NCBI GenBank assembly: GCA_046570105.1
Contig: JBKHVI010000072.1
Location: 1 to 11,674 of the forward strand
DNA from: Bacteriovoracia bacterium
GTDB lineage: Bacteria > Bdellovibrionota > Bacteriovoracia > Bacteriovoracales > Bacteriovoracaceae
Reading direction: 5' to 3'
DNA: 11,674 bases
The notes beneath the pieces are model-generated. The model did not search any database, was not told the DNA's origin, and was given only the letters and a program-made list of their open reading frames with translations. How positions within the stretch are numbered: position 1 is the stretch's first letter; every line of letters starts with the position of its first letter. This document shows, piece by piece, positions 1 to 6,691 of the stretch. Made by a program: the position numbers and the translations under genes.

Positions 1-3000
1 TGATCGCGACATCAAATAGACCATCTTCTGCGTATGAGTTGGTGAGTTCTAAGCCTTGCACGGTGCCGTTGAGGGCCACGTAGCTTGGAACTTGTGAGTA
101 AGGGAATGAAGTGCGACCTAACGATCCACTGGTGAAACCATTGGTGGTGGTGCTCAAAACAGCGATCGCCACTTTACCACTGTTCAAATTATCCAGATAA
201 GGAATCAAGAGCGTATCATTTTGCATCATGATCTCGCCGGCCTTACCAAGATAGATAGAGTAGTCGAGATCAACATGGTCTTGCGGATAGTTGGTGATCG
301 CCCACTGGTTACCCACAATTGTGCCACTAGGAATGAAGGCGCGTGGATCTGAGGCCGAACATGTCGAGTAAGCATTGGCGATATTGGTGATAATCTCATC
401 TGTTGTGAGAAGACCACCCACGCGGAATTCACAATCGTTAGCAGGAACTGTTGTTACAGCATTCAAACGAATACCCGCAATCATGATGTATTCAGAAGCA
501 TCAAAGACGTTGTCAACAACTTGCAGAGTAATTTGACCTGCCACACCACCAGCAATCACTTGGATGTCTTGGCTCAAGGTATTTGACTCATAGAAGTTGT
601 TATAATTGAAAAGCATCTCATCATTTGTGAGTTCGATGCGACGTACACGAATGCGCGGAGAAACCGATGGGGTATCTTGAGTCACATAGCTCACATAGAG
701 TCCACGATAAACATCAGCACCGATGGTCACTCGCTGACCAACAATCGAGAGGGCCGAAGCATCATAGGCCGCACCTGTTTCTTCGGTAGCAAATGTCACC
801 GAGCCACCTGATGTGACAGTACCATTCAACGCCACTTCGTATTTTTCTACGACGATGCGAGAATCATTGGTGCCGGCCTTATGAACATAGGCCATATAAA
901 GTTCGCGTTCGGTATTATCAAACCAAGTGGCGACTTCGCCAGTCGCAGCGGGAAGTGCAGCGTTTTTCGCGATAGCATTTGAGCGAGCGGTGATACCTGT
1001 CCAAGGACCTGCAAAACGAGAAGTCGCAGGAAGTGCTGGAGCCTTTGGTGCCGCGAAGTCAGTACACTGAGCGACTTCGTTACCAAAGCCATCATCACCT
1101 AAGCACAGGCGGAATTCTAAACCAAGAGTGGCGATAGCATTTGATGGTGTCCATTTGAGAACTCGAGAAGTGGCACCTGGAATGGTTTCCCAAGGACCCG
1201 CACCGACTTTCACCTGCCAGCGATACACAATAGCATTGCCGTCAGCGACACTGGCGTCAGTGATTGTACCTGGATCAATTGATACCGGCATACCGGTCAT
1301 AACGATCACAGCGTTGGCCAATTGAGGATTGGTTCCAGCAGCACCTGCCCATAGTGGGAAAGGGTTGTTGTTAGCGACTTTGAGATCCATGAAGGCCGTT
1401 TGCGCGACGTTCACACCAGGAATAACGGTTTGTGTGTCAGTATCAGTTAAGACGTTGGCATCAATATCCGGCAGTACATCTTTAACCGTGATGCGATATT
1501 GAACCGTGCCGTTAGCGGCACCGACGATAGTGTCTTCTGGAATATTATAAGTGAGGGCCGCTCGGCGACCGATATCATCAGTCGATCTGGTAATCAAAAT
1601 CGGAGCGACCGCTGGTTGAGTTGTCGTACAACCAGCATTGGTACAGCGATCAACTTGAATAAAGAAGTCATCGCGTTCGATATCATTAATGAGTGCACTG
1701 AAAACAATATCAGTGCCCTCTGGAATGAATGGAGTGGCACCGTTAGTGGGATCTAGCACCACAGTCGGGTTAGCGAGAGTGGTAATGTAACTTGTTGTCG
1801 TGAGGTTCGTGCCTTGCGCGACAATCGTTGGAACAGTTTGTTTAATAAGTGGTGCACCTGGATCAACCGGGTTCACTGTCCAAGAAACGAGATTGGATGT
1901 TTGTGAAGCGGCACCGTTGATGGCCTTGTCTTGTGCCATCGCGGTAATGGTGTAGCTCTTCATCGCAGGATTTACGCGTCCATTGAGATCATAACTTGGG
2001 ATACTCACAGTACAATCAAGACGAGTGGCACCGACAGGACCCGTTCCTGGAGTGACATCAGGAGCGATCGGATAACCGATATGTGAACAGTCAGGAGTGA
2101 GAACGTTGGTGCCTGGGAAAGTATTAATCCCATCCATCGCCACGCCATCAATATAGAAAGTGATGTTCATGTTCATGAGAGCAGTGTCAGCATCTTCCAC
2201 TAAGAAAGTTTGCGTACCGGCAGTATCTTGGACACGATAAATTGGATTCACAATCGGTGGAGCAATCGTAGCAACCGGAGGAGTGTTACGCGGACGTACA
2301 CTCACACCCCAAGTAACAGTCACAGCAACCGTTGATGTACCTAGATCAACAATATCTGCTGAAAGAGTGCGGAACTCACCAATGTTGGGGTTAGAAAGTG
2401 TGAAGGCTTCCGTTGAAGCGAAGTCATCTAAACACAAGAAGCTGTTGGCCGACATAAAGGTCTGTGGCCCCAAAATTGGATTACCATTTTTTCTAAATTG
2501 AACAGCGACACCACCACCTGAACCAACTGCTGTGGTAACAGCGACACAGAAAGCACCGGCGCCCGCAGCAGCGTTATACATATTCACACCAGCGTTTCTA
2601 AAACCGCCGCTGGCGATATTCACACCATCAATAGCAGTCACTACTGTTGATGAAGTGGGATTTGGCGCAAAAGGTGCTGCCGAGAGTTGAGGCATGTTCG
2701 GAGCGTAAGCAAAAATCGTCCACTCAATCGTGTCATAGACTGAGCCACCTGGACTGCGCAGTTCAGCGCGCACGACGTGAGGGCCCGGCATAATCGGATT
2801 ATCATTTGGATAAGGAGTGGCACCCGCTTGCAAGAATGTTTGCGTGAGACCATTCACTGAACCTGTGTTTGAAGTAAATGACGAAGGTGAACTGGCGACA
2901 CCATCAAATGACCAATACAAGCGCCATGCTGTTGGCGCCGGAGATGTATCGACAACGTTGACCGCTAATTGTGTGGCGACCAGAGCGTTAGTTTGAATGC

Positions 3001-3535
3001 TGGTTGATGTGCCAGCAAAACTAGAGAGTCCAGGATTGATCACAAGTGTAGGAGTGGGGTTCGATGTAACAGTAAGCGCCCACTGAGCACTGGTTGCAAG
3101 TGTTGAACTTGGCAGTGAATACACTTCGGCAGCAAGGGTCCAAAGACCTGGCACTAAACCTAAACTTTGTGGAACTAAACCATAAGTAGAACTGGCGAGG
3201 TTAGTGTTCACTTGGATCGGCGCTGGTGGGAAGCCCACACCTGATGGTGGATAGAGCATCCAGCGAACTTCGAAACCTTGGTTAAGTGGATTAGCAATCG
3301 TAACAGCAAATGCTGTTGTGGCCGTTTGTGTTTGTGCCACGGTAACGTTAGAGACAATCGGAGAGCGAGTTGAAATAGAGAGGCCGCTGGTTTGACCGCC
3401 AGATGTGATCGGCACACATGAGCGAGAAGAAGAGTTGAAAACACTTCCTGAACTACACGCTTGTTCTTTCGCCGTTGGTAAACAGCCAGCTAAAAGCGTG
3501 GTTAAAATAAGCAGCACATATGTTTTTATATTCAT
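1..3535 (-). CDS. Giant surface/outer-membrane lipoprotein with tandem Ig/cadherin-like modules (3' end outside window, >=1178 aa)
   Basis: Translated by hand: ATG at 3535 with SD-like AAGGGA upstream; begins MNIKTYVLLILTTLLAGC-LPTAKEQACSSGSVFNSSSRSC (signal peptide plus LAGC lipobox). No stop seen down to position 2 (...LELTNSYAEDGLFDVAI). T/V/A/P/G/N-rich beta-type sequence with recurring module ends WALTVTSNPTP, WTIFAYAPNMP, WGVSVRPRNTPP, WTVNPVDP and paired Cys. Confidence 0.9.
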   Translation of the reverse strand, partial: MNIKTYVLLILTTLLAGCLPTAKEQACSSGSVFNSSSRSCVPITSGGQTSGLSISTRSPIVSNVTVAQTQTATTAFAVTIANPLNQGFEVRWMLYPPSGVGFPPAPIQVNTNLASSTYGLVPQSLGLVPGLWTLAAEVYSLPSSTLATSAQWALTVTSNPTPTLVINPGLSSFAGTSTSIQTNALVATQLAVNVVDTSPAPTAWRLYWSFDGVASSPSSFTSNTGSVNGLTQTFLQAGATPYPNDNPIMPGPHVVRAELRSPGGSVYDTIEWTIFAYAPNMPQLSAAPFAPNPTSSTVVTAIDGVNIASGGFRNAGVNMYNAAAGAGAFCVAVTTAVGSGGGVAVQFRKNGNPILGPQTFMSANSFLCLDDFASTEAFTLSNPNIGEFRTLSADIVDLGTSTVAVTVTWGVSVRPRNTPPVATIAPPIVNPIYRVQDTAGTQTFLVEDADTALMNMNITFYIDGVAMDGINTFPGTNVLTPDCSHIGYPIAPDVTPGTGPVGATRLDCTVSIPSYDLNGRVNPAMKSYTITAMAQDKAINGAASQTSNLVSWTVNPVDPGAPLIKQTVPTIVAQGTNLTTTSYITTLANPTVVLDPTNGATPFIPEGTDIVFSALINDIERDDFFIQVDRCTNAGCTTTQPAVAPILITRSTDDIGRRAALTYNIPEDTIVGAANGTVQYRITVKDVLPDIDANVLTDTDTQTVIPGVNVAQTAFMDLKVANNNPFPLWAGAAGTNPQLANAVIVMTGMPVSIDPGTITDASVADGNAIVYRWQVKVGAGPWETIPGATSRVLKWTPSNAIATLGLEFRLCLGDDGFGNEVAQCTDFAAPKAPALPATSRFAGPWTGITARSNAIAKNAALPAATGEVATWFDNTERELYMAYVHKAGTNDSRIVVEKYEVALNGTVTSGGSVTFATEETGAAYDASALSIVGQRVTIGADVYRGLYVSYVTQDTPSVSPRIRVRRIELTNDEMLFNYNNFYESNTLSQDIQVIAGGVAGQITLQVVDNVFDASEYIMIAGIRLNAVTTVPANDCEFRVGGLLTTDEIITNIANAYSTCSASDPRAFIPSGTIVGNQWAITNYPQDHVDLDYSIYLGKAGEIMMQNDTLLIPYLDNLNSGKVAIAVLSTTTNGFTSGSLGRTSFPYSQVPSYVALNGTVQGLELTNSYAEDGLFDVAI

Positions 3536-3570
3536 GACTAAAATTCCCTTCTTAGTCCTCTACCTAGTTC

Positions 3571-3597
3571 TTTTCGGACAAAATCTGTAATTCCTTA
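3571..3597 (-). promoter_or_regulatory. Putative sigma28 (FliA) promoter of the giant lipoprotein gene
   Basis: Minus strand reads TAAG-N15-TCCGAAAA versus consensus TAAA-N15-GCCGATAA; exact 15-nt spacer; -10 box ends 35 nt upstream of the ATG. Confidence 0.6.
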
Positions 3598-3612
3598 CAA
3601 ATCCATGTCCGA
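3574..3612. repeat. Nested inverted repeat (39 bp)
   Basis: TCGGACA(3574-3580)...TGTCCGA(3606-3612) enclosing TGTAA-TTCC-TTACA (3586-3599). Confidence 0.85.
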
Positions 3613-3629
3613 TCAATTTCTTCTGCTAT

Positions 3630-3707
3630 TGTCTCATTGGGCCGTTATAGCGGGTAAAATGATGCTAACTGACCGTATTTATAGGTGTATTAAGCCTGTC
3701 TCAGTGG
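3630..3707. promoter_or_regulatory. Direct repeat TGTCTCA(T/G)TGG x2, candidate transcription-factor sites
   Basis: TGTCTCATTGG at 3630-3640 and TGTCTCAGTGG at 3697-3707 (10/11 identical) in the divergent intergenic region. Confidence 0.35.
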
Positions 3708-3772
3708 TTTTTATTGAGAGGGGATGCCAGCAAAAATTGCCACAAAGTTCATTTTTCTTCGTGTTTTCCGCT

Positions 3773-3801
3773 TGTTAAGCTTAGGGGGTGAACCTAGGAG
3801 G
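3773..3801 (+). promoter_or_regulatory. Candidate extended -10 promoter and Shine-Dalgarno of parA
   Basis: TG-T-TAAGCT (3773-3781) fits TGnTAnnnT; GGAGG at 3797-3801 precedes ATG 3807. No good -35. Confidence 0.35.
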
Positions 3802-3806
3802 GTTTT

Positions 3807-4691
3807 ATGAAAACGCTATGGAAAATGGTGAATGATTTGGCGGCGACAACGAACGCCACAGCTGCACCACAAGGCAAAATCATCGCTCTGATGAATCAGA
3901 AAGGTGGTGTGGGTAAAACCACCATGGCGTTTAATATCGCGCACGCACTCGCAAGACAAAATAAGCGTGTGCTGTGTCTCGATATGGATCCGCAATTTAA
4001 TTTTTCTTCTCTCTTCGGTGTAACTCCCAGCGATCGTTTTCATATTCATCACCTCTTGGTGAATTCAGTCAAAGAATTAAAAGCATTGCACTCACCATGT
4101 TTACTCGATGAAGTGATTGTCAGAACCAAGACGCAAGATGGAACTGAGATTGACGTGCTCCCAGCGGGCCAGGAGCTCTCGGGTTTCGAATTAACAGTTG
4201 CGGGCATCAATGCTCCTCGCCAGTTGATTTTGAAAAAGTTCATTGAAAAAAATAATTTGCGCTCGATGTATGACGTGATTGTGATCGATGGTCCACCTAC
4301 GCTCGGGCTTTTGGTGGTCAATATCTTGTGCGCTGTCGATGGTGTGCTCTATCCATTTGTCGCTGACTCATTCTCACAACAAGGCCTCAAGAATATTCAG
4401 CAGGTGTTGGAAGATATTCGTGAGATGGAGATCTGTGAGGTGCCAAAAAACTTAGGTTATATTCCTAATCTTTTTGATCCCCGCAGAAAACAAGTGAAAG
4501 CTGACTTGGAAAAGATCAACGCGGATCTTGGGGCGGGACGGATGTTCGTGCCATTTACCAATCGCGTGCAATTTACCAAAGCTCTCGCTGCTGGAAAATC
4601 GGTGTTTGATTTTAACAATGCCGAATACAAAGAGATTCAAGAACAATTTTTAAGCATGGCCCAAAGCGTGCACGAGGAGCTTCACTCATGA
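3807..4691 (+). CDS. parA: Orphan ParA/Soj-family ATPase
   Basis: Deviant Walker A NQKGGVGKTT, A' LDMDPQFN, Walker B VIVIDGPPTLG; strong SD; no adjacent parB. Confidence 0.93.
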   Translation: MKTLWKMVNDLAATTNATAAPQGKIIALMNQKGGVGKTTMAFNIAHALARQNKRVLCLDMDPQFNFSSLFGVTPSDRFHIHHLLVNSVKELKALHSPCLLDEVIVRTKTQDGTEIDVLPAGQELSGFELTVAGINAPRQLILKKFIEKNNLRSMYDVIVIDGPPTLGLLVVNILCAVDGVLYPFVADSFSQQGLKNIQQVLEDIREMEICEVPKNLGYIPNLFDPRRKQVKADLEKINADLGAGRMFVPFTNRVQFTKALAAGKSVFDFNNAEYKEIQEQFLSMAQSVHEELHS

Positions 4692-4939
4692 AACAAAAAA
4701 ATCCTCTCTACGTCGTCAAAGGGCAAAATGTGGAACAAGCGAAAAACTTTTTTGATATGTTGATCAAGAAGCTTGAACTTGAGCCCGTCATCAATTTTTT
4801 GCAATCGATGATCACCATGCTGATGGAGCAAGTGAAGAGCTATCCGACTTTTGTATTGGTCAAAAATATGATTGATCAGTGGATGGCGCAGCTGATGCCG
4901 ATTCTGCAAACGCTCTCAGGGATGCTGCAGAAAGCTTAA
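4688..4939 (+). CDS. Hypothetical 83-aa amphipathic helical protein, coupled to parA
   Basis: ATGA start/stop overlap with parA; GAGGAG SD inside the parA 3' end; Met/Leu-rich helical periodicity without a full TM segment. Confidence 0.8.
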   Translation: MKQKNPLYVVKGQNVEQAKNFFDMLIKKLELEPVINFLQSMITMLMEQVKSYPTFVLVKNMIDQWMAQLMPILQTLSGMLQKA

Positions 4940-5349
4940 GTCTTTAAGTATTCCATAATGGCGATACTCGCCACGATCATGCCTCCCATTTTCAAGGTGA
5001 GGCGTGCTTCCATTTCGCGCATTTCATGGCGCAAACTTAGCTCCATTGCTTTCATGTCAGAGCGAATACTTTGCTCCATTGCTTTCATGTCAGAGCGAAT
5101 ACTTTGCTCCATTGCTTTCATGTCAGAGCGAATACTTTGCTCCATTTCTTTCATGTCAGAGCGCAGAGCAAGCTCCATTCCTTGCATATCTGTTCGCAGC
5201 ACATGTTCGCTGAATTTCAGATCATGTTTAGTGGCAAAATTATCATCCATCGTTTCAAGCACCATGTGGATTGTGGCTTCAGCTTCTGTTCGGCTAAAGC
5301 CTGCTGCTTCTAAATTCTGAGTATACTTGAGAGCGTTATACGTGGCCAT
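4936..5349 (-). CDS. DUF1640/CCDC90-like membrane-anchored coiled-coil protein
   Basis: Head YNALKYTQNLEAAGFSRTEAEA, neck ATKHDL, 11-residue repeat stalk, C-terminal hydrophobic anchor LTLKMGGMIVASIAIM; SD AGGAGG. Confidence 0.88.
   Translation of the reverse strand: MATYNALKYTQNLEAAGFSRTEAEATIHMVLETMDDNFATKHDLKFSEHVLRTDMQGMELALRSDMKEMEQSIRSDMKAMEQSIRSDMKAMEQSIRSDMKAMELSLRHEMREMEARLTLKMGGMIVASIAIMEYLKT
5040..5171. repeat. 33-bp coding tandem repeat
   Basis: GCTCCATTGCTTTCATGTCAGAGCGAATACTTT exact at 5040, 5073 and 5106; fourth copy at 5139 matches 24 of its first 25 nt; degenerate copies flank. Encodes MEQSIRSDMKA on the minus strand. Confidence 0.97.
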
Positions 5350-5354
5350 GTTTC

Positions 5355-5373
5355 CTCCTAAAGTGAATAGGAG
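5355..5373 (-). promoter_or_regulatory. Small hairpin pairing with the SD of the DUF1640 gene
   Basis: Minus strand CTCCTA-TTCACTT-TAGGAG(G); the 3' arm is the SD. Confidence 0.4.
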
Positions 5374-5381
5374 CGCTCTCT

Positions 5382-5397
5382 TGCAAAACCCGTGACG
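5382..5397 (-). promoter_or_regulatory. Degenerate sigma54 (-24/-12) promoter candidate for the DUF1640 gene
   Basis: Minus strand CGTCACG-GGTT-TTGCA versus TGGCACG-N4-TTGCA; correct spacing but GG is GT. Confidence 0.3.
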
Positions 5398-5642
5398 TAT
5401 CGGAAATTTGTAACACTCGATTATTTTTGGAAGAGAGAGTTGTGTGTCAGAAAAAAATGGCAGGGGTGTGGGTAAAAAACGGACGTCTTAACGGTCTCTC
5501 TATCAAATAAGTTAAAACCGTAAATTCGGCCTCACGCCTAAGTTCATTTCAAATGAGAAATACTCTCTTCCTAATCTCCTCATTTAATGTTCTAAGTCCC
5601 GCTTCTTAAGCGACATATGCCCCAATCAATCGGGAGGCTAGC

Positions 5643-6272
5643 ATGCGTCGACAATTAGCTTTAAATTTATATCGAGGTCAGCGAGGAGGCATTCGTCCGG
5701 GAGCTGGTAGAAAACGTCTTCGCTCAAAAGGAGTCACTCATAGGAGAAGAGAAAAGGTCACTTCACGGACGGCCCTTCATGTAAATTTCAAAGTCACCAC
5801 AGCTATTAGGAATAAGCACTGCTTAAAAATCTTAAAGCGAGCGGTTAAAAACAGTCGAATTCATGGTCTCTCAATTATTCATTTCTCCCTTCAGTCAAAT
5901 CACGTTCATCTTGTGATTGAAGCTGTTAACAACGAAATTCTGACCAGGGGCATGCGCTCTCTCACCATTACTTTTGCCAAGGGTATCAACAAGGGCAGAA
6001 TCCAAATTGAGCGTTATCACCTGCATGTTTTAAAAAGCTTAAGAGAAACTAAAAACGCCCTTCGCTATGTGTTGTTTAATCAGCAAAAGCATTCGGGAAT
6101 GAAAAGGGCATATGTCGACAGCTTCTCTTCATTGGGAGCAGTTAAAGACCTCAAGGAGCTAGCAAGATCGGCCAAAATGACGGTGATTTGGAGTAAGATT
6201 CAAGAGATTAACTTCTTAGATGCACCACTTGGATGGGTGATAAGGCAGGCACTGAACCAACAAATCAGTTAA
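5643..6272 (+). CDS. RAYT-like HUH/Y1 tyrosine transposase-family nuclease (Y1_Tnp fold)
   Basis: HUH motif SLQSNHVHLVIEA, ERYH motif, catalytic Tyr in NALRYVLFNQQKH, basic N-terminal RGGIRPGAGRK; SD GGGAGG. 209 aa, longer than IS200 TnpA; no tnpB. Confidence 0.85.
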   Translation: MRRQLALNLYRGQRGGIRPGAGRKRLRSKGVTHRRREKVTSRTALHVNFKVTTAIRNKHCLKILKRAVKNSRIHGLSIIHFSLQSNHVHLVIEAVNNEILTRGMRSLTITFAKGINKGRIQIERYHLHVLKSLRETKNALRYVLFNQQKHSGMKRAYVDSFSSLGAVKDLKELARSAKMTVIWSKIQEINFLDAPLGWVIRQALNQQIS

Positions 6273-6281
6273 AGATTCCAT

Positions 6282-6644
6282 CTAACGTTTGCGCTTGAGT
6301 CCACGCGGGGCCGAGCCATCAATGCGGTCAGTGGATTCAAATTCAGCAGACTCGAGTTCCTCGTCAGTGTTCTCTTGCGGAACAACCGCACGGGCCGCCT
6401 GGTAATTCACTTCATCAGAGAAAAAGCGCTCTTCTAAATTTTCGATCCCAGGCACTTGAGACGGTGCAGGGCCAGAGCGTTTATCAGCAGGGGGTAGGCT
6501 GCCTTTTGACCATACACGTGGCTTGGCGGCTGCACTCATCATGAATTCGAGTTCTTCATTAAGTTCCATGGCGCGCTCTTCCGTTGAGTCCGCCACGGCA
6601 GCTCCCGATAAAAGTACGCTAAGTATGAGTGGCCACATCGCCAT
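6282..6644 (-). CDS. Hypothetical secreted acidic protein
   Basis: Signal-peptide-like MAMWPLILSVLLSGAAVA-D; SD GGGAG; Glu-rich body with basic KRKR tail; fills the gap between neighbours without overlap. Confidence 0.75.
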   Translation of the reverse strand: MAMWPLILSVLLSGAAVADSTEERAMELNEELEFMMSAAAKPRVWSKGSLPPADKRSGPAPSQVPGIENLEERFFSDEVNYQAARAVVPQENTDEELESAEFESTDRIDGSAPRGLKRKR

Positions 6645-6691
6645 AAAGCTCTCCCTGTGTTAAGTATCGCCAGGAAGGAGCATAGAAGGCA

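Noticed and set aside
226..3590. Eight short ORF-track ORFs over the left third
   Set aside because: All overlap the long lipoprotein frame as antisense or off-frame shadows and show no recognisable motifs.
3725..3743. TGGCA...TTGC sigma54-like string on the minus strand
   Set aside because: GG-to-GC spacing is 8 nt, not the required 10.
5040..5171. 33-bp repeats as a CRISPR array or as REPs for the RAYT
   Set aside because: Head-to-tail with no spacers, not palindromic, in frame within a CDS, and no cas genes in the window.
4958..5320. Three plus-strand repetitive ORFs
   Set aside because: Antisense shadows of the stop-free 33-bp repeat; the minus-strand gene has the SD and family motifs.
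4936..6275. TTAA at both cassette ends and 7-bp inverted match TCTTTAA (4941-4947) / TTAAAGA (6269-6275) as TSD or TIR
   Set aside because: Largely explained by TAA stop codons and AT richness; Y1 HUH enzymes do not use TIRs or make TSDs.
6139..6275. 10-bp direct repeat CAGTTAAAGA at 6139 and 6266
   Set aside because: One short match, mostly in coding sequence; compatible with chance.
6648..6681. Imperfect inverted repeat between the 120-aa gene and queA (possible preQ1 riboswitch)
   Set aside because: Arises from two divergent SD sequences; no preQ1-I features such as the A-rich 3' tail are visible.
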